A stretch of DNA of 64,000 nt from Methanothrix sp. GTDB taxonomy: Archaea > Halobacteriota > Methanosarcinia > Methanotrichales > Methanotrichaceae. The stretch covers positions 416,001-480,000 of the forward strand of contig OY821645.1 in NCBI GenBank assembly GCA_963682135.1. Direction: 5' to 3'. Positions 56,792 to 64,000 of this stretch are shown here, piece after piece; position 1 is the first letter of the stretch; every line of letters begins with the position of its first letter. The notes under the pieces were generated by a model, which saw nothing but the letters and a program-made list of their open reading frames with translations, did no database searches and was not told where the DNA came from. A program made the position numbers and the translations under genes.

Positions 56792-58432
56792 CTAATCTAA
56801 GAACGGCTTGAAGCCGCCTCTGGTGATAAGGCTCTCCGGCTTATCTTCCTTATCCAGACGGCGCAAGTAATCCTCGTAGCGGTGTATCCTGGCGGGCACG
56901 GGAAATGGGATTTTCAGAGTGGATACAACGGCTTCACCCTTCTCCAGAGTCTGAATCTCGGTATCCATGGAGGAGAGGTCCTGCTTGGCCGATTCTTCCA
57001 GTTGCATTCGGTCATTTTTGTCTCCCAGGCCCATGACCACCAGGGTGTTGAACTGAGAGAGAAGCTGTTTGTCTATGAGCTTGGGCTGCTGGGTGATGGC
57101 ACACAGGCCCACCCCGAATTTGCGGCCTTCCCGAGCGATGCTCTCAAAGCGCGCTGTGTTGCTGCCTGCGCCCAAGACTCTCTGCGCCTCCTCGATGGTG
57201 ATGAGACAGTTCTTTCTTTCCGGTTTACCCTCTTCTTTGTAAGTATCCAGAATACATCGGGAAAGGATGGAGAGCAAAAACAGCTCACTGCGATCGCTCA
57301 TCTTGGGAATGTCCACCAGAACCACTTTGCCATCTTGCAGATTCGTCAAAATGTTGGGTATACTGGTACGAATGTTATCGATATATCCATTCTTGGATAA
57401 GAGGTTCTTGATTCTTTGGGCGATCTTGCCCGCGGTGCCCTCAATGACATTTTCTTTGAGTAGCTGGGACATTCCTTCAGGAGTCTGGATTTCAGTGAGC
57501 CAATCTCGATTGAAGATTCGGGGAATAACATCAAGAGCATCTTTTTGTGCAATAGACCAATCGAAATAGAGTTCAACATCAGATGGTTCAATATCTTTTA
57601 TCCCGATAGCCAGCTCCTCTACCCCCGGGTCGGAGGCGTTCTGCTTGCTTGTTGAATAGCAGGCGAGACCATCACGATATTTCTTGAGATGAGTCAGACC
57701 TTTGATAGGACCCTTGCCTTTCAAGTATTCTCCGTGAGGATCGACGATGAGAAGCCCGAATTTGGACTCGCCCCGCACGGCGAGGCGCATGCAGGAGGCG
57801 GCGAAGACCTTCATGAAGTTGGATTTGCCCATGCCCGTGGTTGCGAAGACGCCCATGTGATGGTCCATGGCCTGGCTATGCAGGGCCACCGGAATCTCTT
57901 CTACCAGTCGGGAACCGTTTCTCAGATAGCCGATCTCGATGTCTCCCATGACCTGGCTTAGAAACTTAAATTCCTCAGTCTCTGCTCGCACGACGTTTGC
58001 AAACTTTGTGGGCAATGTCCTGGACTTTTTAAACTCCAGGTTTTTATTTATGCAACCTAAAGGCTCGGCGATGACGCGGTTGAAGATTTGATCATCGTCG
58101 AAGAACTGGGTGCCTTTTATGGTTGTGTCCCAGTGGCCGTCATAGTTGGAGCTGTGCTCGATGTTCAGAACGCGGGCGAGAAAAGTCAGTCCCTGGTCTT
58201 TTATGGAGAAGATCTGCCCCACCTCTACCCTCTCTTCATCTGGAAGGATGAATGGTACTGTGAAATGATATTCGGTTACGCTCTTGGAGACTATTTTGTA
58301 GGTCGTGTCCCCCTTCTCTATTACCTTTCGTTTCAACAGGCTTGATCCCCCAGGTACCAGTCTCTCCTCTTGCGTTGTCGCCACTTTTATATCTCCCACC
58401 TTTTCGCTTGCATGATTTCCTTCATTTATCAA
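56792..58432 (-). CDS. herA: HerA-type ATPase/helicase
   Basis: ATTGMGKS, VDPHGEY, IEEAQR, IAREGRKFGVGL..ITQQP; operon context. Confidence 0.9.
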   Translation of the reverse strand: MINEGNHASEKVGDIKVATTQEERLVPGGSSLLKRKVIEKGDTTYKIVSKSVTEYHFTVPFILPDEERVEVGQIFSIKDQGLTFLARVLNIEHSSNYDGHWDTTIKGTQFFDDDQIFNRVIAEPLGCINKNLEFKKSRTLPTKFANVVRAETEEFKFLSQVMGDIEIGYLRNGSRLVEEIPVALHSQAMDHHMGVFATTGMGKSNFMKVFAASCMRLAVRGESKFGLLIVDPHGEYLKGKGPIKGLTHLKKYRDGLACYSTSKQNASDPGVEELAIGIKDIEPSDVELYFDWSIAQKDALDVIPRIFNRDWLTEIQTPEGMSQLLKENVIEGTAGKIAQRIKNLLSKNGYIDNIRTSIPNILTNLQDGKVVLVDIPKMSDRSELFLLSILSRCILDTYKEEGKPERKNCLITIEEAQRVLGAGSNTARFESIAREGRKFGVGLCAITQQPKLIDKQLLSQFNTLVVMGLGDKNDRMQLEESAKQDLSSMDTEIQTLEKGEAVVSTLKIPFPVPARIHRYEDYLRRLDKEDKPESLITRGGFKPFLD

Positions 58433-58445
58433 GGGCCTGTCTTTT

Positions 58446-59465
58446 CTAAAACCCAGACCTCATCTCCAGGATGTCATGGAAGTCCTGCATAAGCATTCTT
58501 ATCTCCGAATGGGGCATGCCCATCTCCAAAAGCTGCCCCATGAGCTTCTGGCGTACAGCTGCCCCTTCATCCTCGGTGATCCTGATATCCCGGTGCGCCC
58601 GGAAGAGGGCGTGAGGATACCCCAGGCACTCGGAGGAGCAGGAGTAGGCGGCCAGCTTTCCCAGAACCATTGCCATTTCGCTCTGGAGAAAGGAAGGCGC
58701 ATCCACCCGGAAGGCGTGCTCAGACTCCCCACAAAAACGAACGATGTAGGTCTGGCCGTTCCATCTGCCCTGGCCGGCATCCACTTTTTTATCCTTCAGG
58801 CTGAGATACCAGGCAGCGCCCGGCGCCATCAGGCTGCCGGCCATGCTGGTATGCCGCACAAATGGCAAGCTGATCTCCTCGCCCCAGAAGAGAGAGCTGG
58901 ATTTGGCCACAGCCAGAAGCGCGACGCTTTTCTCCTCTGCTCGGGCAAAGATGATAGCTAGAGCGCCTCTCAGGAGTTCAAAGACGTCAAAGCTGCCGTC
59001 GTAAAGGATGATGTCCCCTGCATGGGCCTCGCTCAGGGCATCATTTATGGCTACATACTCCTGCAGCTCTCGATAGTAGCTGGAGAGTCGATCCCGATCC
59101 GATTCCTTGAGATCGACTCCCTCCAAACCGAAGAATTCCCTCAGGTAGGGATCGAACATATTCTTGCATTGCTTGGGGTCCGCCAGCAGGACATCGTCAA
59201 AGGTGATGACCGTGCGCCTCCAGACTCTTCCCTGGTAGACGGCATAGCCTGCTCGGATAAGGTTCACATTGGCCGTCGACCAGTTGCAGATGGCGGCATT
59301 CGAGCCATCCACTGCGAATATCTCTCCGGAAAATTCATGGGGCTGCACGGGCACGAAGTCGCAGATTTGCACCCCAGTCTCAGCCAGATATCTGTCAATT
59401 CCATCCAGGGAGATATGATCGCGGATCATTTCTGCAACCAGGGATAGGCGGCTATCATCTTCCAT
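58446..59465 (-). CDS. nurA: NurA nuclease
   Basis: AVDGS, LYDGS, AVAKSS, GYPHALFRAH; first gene of nurA-herA-mre11-rad50. Confidence 0.9.
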   Translation of the reverse strand: MEDDSRLSLVAEMIRDHISLDGIDRYLAETGVQICDFVPVQPHEFSGEIFAVDGSNAAICNWSTANVNLIRAGYAVYQGRVWRRTVITFDDVLLADPKQCKNMFDPYLREFFGLEGVDLKESDRDRLSSYYRELQEYVAINDALSEAHAGDIILYDGSFDVFELLRGALAIIFARAEEKSVALLAVAKSSSLFWGEEISLPFVRHTSMAGSLMAPGAAWYLSLKDKKVDAGQGRWNGQTYIVRFCGESEHAFRVDAPSFLQSEMAMVLGKLAAYSCSSECLGYPHALFRAHRDIRITEDEGAAVRQKLMGQLLEMGMPHSEIRMLMQDFHDILEMRSGF

Positions 59466-59634
59466 TCAAATTATTGTGAGATTACGGCAAAGTATATACG
59501 GATTGCTCCTTGGCAAGATGCTCCAAAAAATTTTAATATGATTAATATTGATCAGTATAATAAACGGTGGTCTTGAAGATGCAAAAACTAATTTTTCCCA
59601 ATATTCGAGTTTTCTAAAAAATTAATATGCAGCC

Positions 59635-60381
59635 TTAATCTTTGGCCAGATAATCATAAAGAAAGGCTGCAACCAGCGCACCTGCTATCGGTCCCACGAT
59701 GTAGATAGGAAAGAAGTGCCAGAGGCTGTTCTGTCCAAGAATGTAATCCCCCAGATACGGTCCGAATGTCCTGGCCGGATTCAACGACGCACCGGCAATG
59801 TTTCCTGTGGTGGTGATAATTCCACCCACGGTAAGCCCAATTATCAGACCGGCCCAGCCGGGAGGCGCTCTCTCATCCACTGCCACGCCCATGATGGTGA
59901 GCATGAGCAGGAATGTGCCGATGGCCTCCGCCAAAATCGCCTGTCCATAGCTTATGCCGGGAAAAGGAGCAGTCGCCCCCAGTCCTCCGACGCTGACGGC
60001 ATCCATTCCCACCGTGGCCGCAAAAAGAAAGCTGGCCAGGGAAGCTCCGGCGAGCTGGGCGACAATGTAGGGGCCGACGTCTTTAACGGGAAAACGTTTT
60101 GTTGCCCAGAGGGCAATGGTTACCGCTGGGTTAAGATGCGCTCCCGAGACCCTGCCCAGAGCATAAATGGAGGCGGCGATGGCTATGGCAAAGGCCATGC
60201 CGATAGCAAACCAATCACCCAGGCCGCCCAGCGCACCGATGCCGATGTTAAAGGGATTAGGTGGACTGGGAGGACTTGATCCTCTGGCAATCATGAGTGT
60301 GATGGCTGCAGCACCAGCCCCGAAGTAGACCAGCACAAACGTTCCCACCAGCTCTGCCAGGGACCTCTTCATCAAGGACAT
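59635..60381 (-). CDS. aqpM: MIP family channel (AqpM-type aquaporin)
   Basis: AELVGTF, SGAHLNPAVT, ASLNPARTFGP; ATG 60381. Confidence 0.9.
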   Translation of the reverse strand: MSLMKRSLAELVGTFVLVYFGAGAAAITLMIARGSSPPSPPNPFNIGIGALGGLGDWFAIGMAFAIAIAASIYALGRVSGAHLNPAVTIALWATKRFPVKDVGPYIVAQLAGASLASFLFAATVGMDAVSVGGLGATAPFPGISYGQAILAEAIGTFLLMLTIMGVAVDERAPPGWAGLIIGLTVGGIITTTGNIAGASLNPARTFGPYLGDYILGQNSLWHFFPIYIVGPIAGALVAAFLYDYLAKD

Positions 60382-60386
60382 AGCTA

Positions 60387-60596
60387 TCACACCTCGTGGT
60401 AGACAGAGTAGCAGGGTTTGCAAAGTATTCTGGGAAGCTTTCTCTTGAGCTTCTTGGCGGGGAATGGATAGCCTCCTTCCCAGACATCCACCTCTTCACG
60501 CACCAGGTGATCCATGCACACCCCCATTCCACAGACGATACAGATGGCCACCGCGTCAGTATCCTTTTTTTCCAGGGAACACATGTAGCATTTCAT
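60387..60596 (-). CDS. DUF2180 family Cys-rich protein
   Basis: MKCYMC, AVAICIVCGMGVCMDH, RILCKPC. Confidence 0.85.
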   Translation of the reverse strand: MKCYMCSLEKKDTDAVAICIVCGMGVCMDHLVREEVDVWEGGYPFPAKKLKRKLPRILCKPCYSVYHEV

Positions 60597-60640
60597 AACG
60601 TCCTCATATCATAGCAGTCCTATGCAATTATCCTCTAGAC

Positions 60641-62149
60641 CTAGACTGCCTCTTTATACTGGCAGTAGGCGTGTCTGAAATCTACCAATGAAGCCGAGGC
60701 GCAGCCTTTGCATACCCTTGCCGGCGAGGCGGGCGTCTCTTTATGCAGAGCAATGATGTTGGTCATAATGGTTGCCGTTACCGGCTCGCTGGTTAGCAGG
60801 CAGGGATAGTCGGCTAGCCTCATTAAGGCAGAGAACCGGACGGTTATTGCGCAGGCAGGATAGGCGTAATGCTGAGGATTCATGAGAACCTCATTCTCGT
60901 GAATGGGCTCGAGGTCAATGTCAAAGCCGGATACCTTGGGGACCAGCCTGCCGCCCAGGCCGTTTCTCTGTCTCATGGATTTGTCGAGAAGCTTCCAGCC
61001 GCGATAGATCATGTCCATGAAGTCGCAATTGTGCAGCTCCGCAGCCGCGCCCCGCGTGGGATAAAGCTGGACATAATTATGGAATCTTTTGGTGAGCAGA
61101 TCCACGACCATTATCGCATTAAATCCGTCCAGCTCCAGTATGTACTCCACAGCAGCTGCAGAGGAGCCCGTGGCCAGGCTGAGGAGCTGATACTCATTTT
61201 TGATCTTATCTGCGGCTTTGTTGAGAGTTGAGTCCATGACTTCGGTGGTAGCCTCGATTACAGCCATGACCACATCGTCCTTGCACATATTGAATGTGGA
61301 CTGAGCAATGTGGTGAGATATGTCTCCCACACAGTAAGCGGGAACCGTCAGAATATTGCCATAGTGAACGCCTTCGTTCATGGCCTCTTTAACCGTTTGT
61401 GTCATTCGCTTCTTGTACAAAGACATGTATTTTCGCACATCAAAGGACTGGTGGCCAAAGGCGTCCATCAGCTTGCCCTGTGCTTCGATAGGGCTTTCAT
61501 AGATGTACTTGACCTCATCGATCTCCCTTTTCACCGCCTCTGCCAAAGTCGCTCCCTTCTCCACTTGAGAAGCGAAGACCTCGCCAATGCCGTAGGAGGT
61601 GTTCATGCCCCAGGATTTGGCAGCCAGGATGGCCTGTTTGTGGGCATCGGGAATATCAATTGTCTTTAGGATTCGATTGACAACATTGCTGGTGCTGCCC
61701 GGGATGAGAGCAAAGTCCACCACACAGGTTGGGCCGTAAAAGCCGCCGTATCTCCTGGCTGCCTCCAGGCCGATCAGGGCCTCTGCTCGTCCCACAGCAC
61801 CAATGAAAGCATCCAGGCTCTTCTTGAACTTTTCATCTTCTTCGCAGATGATTTCCAGAATAGCCGGTGTCTGATAATGCTCAACAAAGGGGTCATCCTC
61901 CGGTCTGATGGTCTTGGTAAGAGAGGATAGAATATTGAAATGAGCATTTACTGAGTCTACATGAAGCTTAAAAACTGATTTGGACTGATTCTCAATCGCC
62001 TTCATCTTATTGACGACATCCAGATAGGCTCTTGTGTCCTCAACAAGAAAGCTGGTACCCCTCTTTTTCTTCACGGTCTCTACATCAGCATGCTGGGCCG
62101 AAAGTGCTTCATTAATTATTTTCCTGTACAACTCGGACATGTAATTCAC
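60641..62149 (-). CDS. DUF2193 family protein
   Basis: DDPFVEHYQTP, GFYGPTCVVDFALIPGSTSNVVN; C-terminal CKGC...C.Y. Confidence 0.85.
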   Translation of the reverse strand: MNYMSELYRKIINEALSAQHADVETVKKKRGTSFLVEDTRAYLDVVNKMKAIENQSKSVFKLHVDSVNAHFNILSSLTKTIRPEDDPFVEHYQTPAILEIICEEDEKFKKSLDAFIGAVGRAEALIGLEAARRYGGFYGPTCVVDFALIPGSTSNVVNRILKTIDIPDAHKQAILAAKSWGMNTSYGIGEVFASQVEKGATLAEAVKREIDEVKYIYESPIEAQGKLMDAFGHQSFDVRKYMSLYKKRMTQTVKEAMNEGVHYGNILTVPAYCVGDISHHIAQSTFNMCKDDVVMAVIEATTEVMDSTLNKAADKIKNEYQLLSLATGSSAAAVEYILELDGFNAIMVVDLLTKRFHNYVQLYPTRGAAAELHNCDFMDMIYRGWKLLDKSMRQRNGLGGRLVPKVSGFDIDLEPIHENEVLMNPQHYAYPACAITVRFSALMRLADYPCLLTSEPVTATIMTNIIALHKETPASPARVCKGCASASLVDFRHAYCQYKEAV

Positions 62150-62242
62150 CCAAACCCTTGCTTTGATACTTGCATAAATTTCGATAGATGAGACGGGTTA
62201 CTGTCGCTTCTATTGGATAAATAGCGATGATTCAAACTTTAC

Positions 62243-62263
62243 TTACTACTATAATATTAGTAA
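62243..62263. promoter_or_regulatory. Palindrome in the divergent DUF2193/tusA promoter region
   Basis: TTACTA-N9-TAGTAA within an AT-rich 238-bp intergenic region. Confidence 0.3.
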
Positions 62264-62387
62264 TCAAGTATAAATTTTTCGGTTAGTTATGCAGTTTTCA
62301 TTATGCTGCAAGAAGATACTTATAGAATAAAACCCAACAATATGTATCAGTCGGACTAAAATGAAATCGTATTGAAATGAGGAGGTT

Positions 62388-62636
62388 TTGAGAACGGATC
62401 AGAATTTGGCTCATGATGCCGAGCTGGACTGTGTGGGCCTCTTTTGCCCCATGCCCATCGCGAAGACCAAGGAAGAAGTTGAGAACATTGAGGTGGGGCA
62501 GGTCCTGAAAGTAGAAGCGGACGATCCTGCCGCCGAGGAGGACATCTCTCGCTGGGCCAAGAGAGCCGGTCATGAGGTCCTCCGGCTTGAGAAGTCCGGA
62601 AATATCATCGCCTTCTGGATAAGAAGAAAGAAATGA
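62388..62636 (+). CDS. tusA: TusA family sulfur carrier
   Basis: LDCVGLFCPMP, ADDPAAEEDI..W. Confidence 0.92.
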   Translation: MRTDQNLAHDAELDCVGLFCPMPIAKTKEEVENIEVGQVLKVEADDPAAEEDISRWAKRAGHEVLRLEKSGNIIAFWIRRKK

Positions 62637-62667
62637 TGTTTGAAATGATAGTGATGGTGATCGTATT

Positions 62668-63027
62668 ATGAGCAAGATTCTCTATGTTCAGACCAGTGGT
62701 CTGGATACTCCGGAAAGACTTTATGCGCCCTTCATTCTGGGCATGACAGCCCGGGCGATGGATGCAGAGGCCTCTATCTTCTTCATGATTAAGGGCATAA
62801 CTGCGATGAAGAAAGGCGAGGCAGAGAAGATCAAGATCGGAAGCTTTCCGTCCCTCAAGGAGGTCATCGACCAGGCCCTTGCTTCCGGCGTGAATATGTA
62901 CATCTGCGAGCAGAGCACCGTTCTTCTGGGCATTGCCAGGGGCGACTTCATACCCGAGGCAAAAATTGCCGGAGCAGGAACATTAAACGACCTGGCGCTG
63001 GATGCAGACTCGACTATCAGCTTCTAG
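62668..63027 (+). CDS. dsrE: DsrE family protein
   Basis: PERLYAPF, IFFMIKG, ICEQS, AGAG. Confidence 0.85.
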   Translation: MSKILYVQTSGLDTPERLYAPFILGMTARAMDAEASIFFMIKGITAMKKGEAEKIKIGSFPSLKEVIDQALASGVNMYICEQSTVLLGIARGDFIPEAKIAGAGTLNDLALDADSTISF

Positions 63028-63053
63028 GATTACTGGCGGGCAAGTGGAAAATT

Positions 63054-64000
63054 ATGTGCGGAATATATCTCGACTATCAGTCTGCGTCTCCCGTGGACCC
63101 CAGGGTTGCCGAATTTGCCGGGCGCTTTCTCTGCAGCGATTTCGGCAATCCTTCCTCTCTGCATTCCCAAGGACTGGCTGCGAAAACCACTCTGGAAGAA
63201 GCTCGATCGAAGGTAGCTGAGCTAATAAATGCAGAAAGTCCGGAGACCATTCTCTTCACATCCGGCGTTACTGAGGCCAACAATCTGGCCATTCGAGGAG
63301 CAGCGCTGCGTAACGCTGCCAAGGGCAAGAAGCTGCTAGCGAGCCATGTCGAGCACATCTCTGTCCTAAATCCCCATAAGGATCTGAAGAAAGGCGGCTT
63401 TGACCTCAATCTGGTCCCGGTGGACAGCATGGGCATCATTGATCTGGCCGCCCTGGAAAACATGCTCAGCAAGGAGACGGTCCTCACTTCGGTGATGTAT
63501 GCCAACAGCGAGATTGGAACCATTCAGCCTATAAAAGAGGTAAGCGACCTTGTCCATGAAAATGGTCTATTCCTGCACGTGGACGGCGCTGCTGCGGCGG
63601 GTAAGATTCCCATTGATGTGCAAAAGGATGGAATTGATCTGCTCACCCTCTCCTCGAATGATCTCTACGGTCCGCAGGGGGCGGGGGCGCTCTACATCAA
63701 ACCTGGCGTTCGCATTCAGCCTGTCATTTTCGGCGGCGGTCAGGAACGGGGCCTTCGGCCCGGTACTGAGAATCTCTATGCACTGGCAGGATTTGGCGAG
63801 GCGGCCAGGCTGGCGAGACAGGAGAGAGCAGAGGAAAGCCTGCGACTTCAGGCCATCCGGGATGCTCTGATCAAGGAGATACTCAAGATTGAGGAGTCGT
63901 ACCTCACCGGACATCCCACGTTGCGGCTCCCGCATCATGCCAGCTTCCGCTTCAGCCGCATTGAGGGGGAGAGCATTCTCCTTACCATGGATGCCATGTT
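63054..64000 (+). CDS. iscS: IscS/NifS-like cysteine desulfurase homolog (3'-truncated by window; PLP Lys replaced by Asp)
   Basis: Translated by hand because it is absent from the ORF track: MCGIYLDYQSASPVDP, FGNPSSLH, FTSGVTEANN, VEHISV, ANSEIGTIQP, LSSNDLYGPQG, GGGQERGLRPGTEN. Confidence 0.9.
   Translation, partial: MCGIYLDYQSASPVDPRVAEFAGRFLCSDFGNPSSLHSQGLAAKTTLEEARSKVAELINAESPETILFTSGVTEANNLAIRGAALRNAAKGKKLLASHVEHISVLNPHKDLKKGGFDLNLVPVDSMGIIDLAALENMLSKETVLTSVMYANSEIGTIQPIKEVSDLVHENGLFLHVDGAAAAGKIPIDVQKDGIDLLTLSSNDLYGPQGAGALYIKPGVRIQPVIFGGGQERGLRPGTENLYALAGFGEAARLARQERAEESLRLQAIRDALIKEILKIEESYLTGHPTLRLPHHASFRFSRIEGESILLTMDAM

Noticed and set aside
56792-59465. HerA-based anti-phage system
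   Set aside because: It is the canonical archaeal nurA-herA-mre11-rad50 repair operon
63009-63080. 12-bp direct repeat CTCGACTATCAG in the dsrE end and iscS start
   Set aside because: Both copies lie in coding sequence with conserved protein motifs; probably chance

Overview
Archaeal methanogen chromosome segment, most consistent with Methanothrix (Methanosaeta). This is inferred from cfbC-cfbB, an hdrA-mvhD/polyferredoxin/hdrC/hdrB operon, a duplicated-domain Methanosarcinales-type S-layer protein and an archaeal ThrRS. The core backbone also carries purL-purQ-purS, polX, ygiQ, dph6 and nurA-herA-mre11-rad50. At the right end is a sulfur/Fe-S locus: DUF2193-DUF2180-aquaporin divergent from tusA-dsrE-iscS, where the IscS has Asp in place of the PLP lysine. 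Four accessory regions interrupt the backbone. (1) 1-4.9 kb: an AT-rich FxsC-like gene plus a KGGVGR ParA-like/NACHT-helical/TPR gene. (2) 12-19.5 kb: a Cys-rich secreted protein, two methyltransferase relics, an IS630 element and a MITE nested inside a MITE. (3) 25-28.3 kb: a secreted/TPR/membrane gene trio. (4) 44.2-51 kb: five co-oriented GC-rich REP-like hairpin repeats separating toxin-antitoxin and acylphosphatase cassettes, with a 202-bp duplication and a divergent nitrilase-fold gene. No rRNA, tRNA or CRISPR array was seen. All family assignments come from reading motifs by eye, not from database searches.
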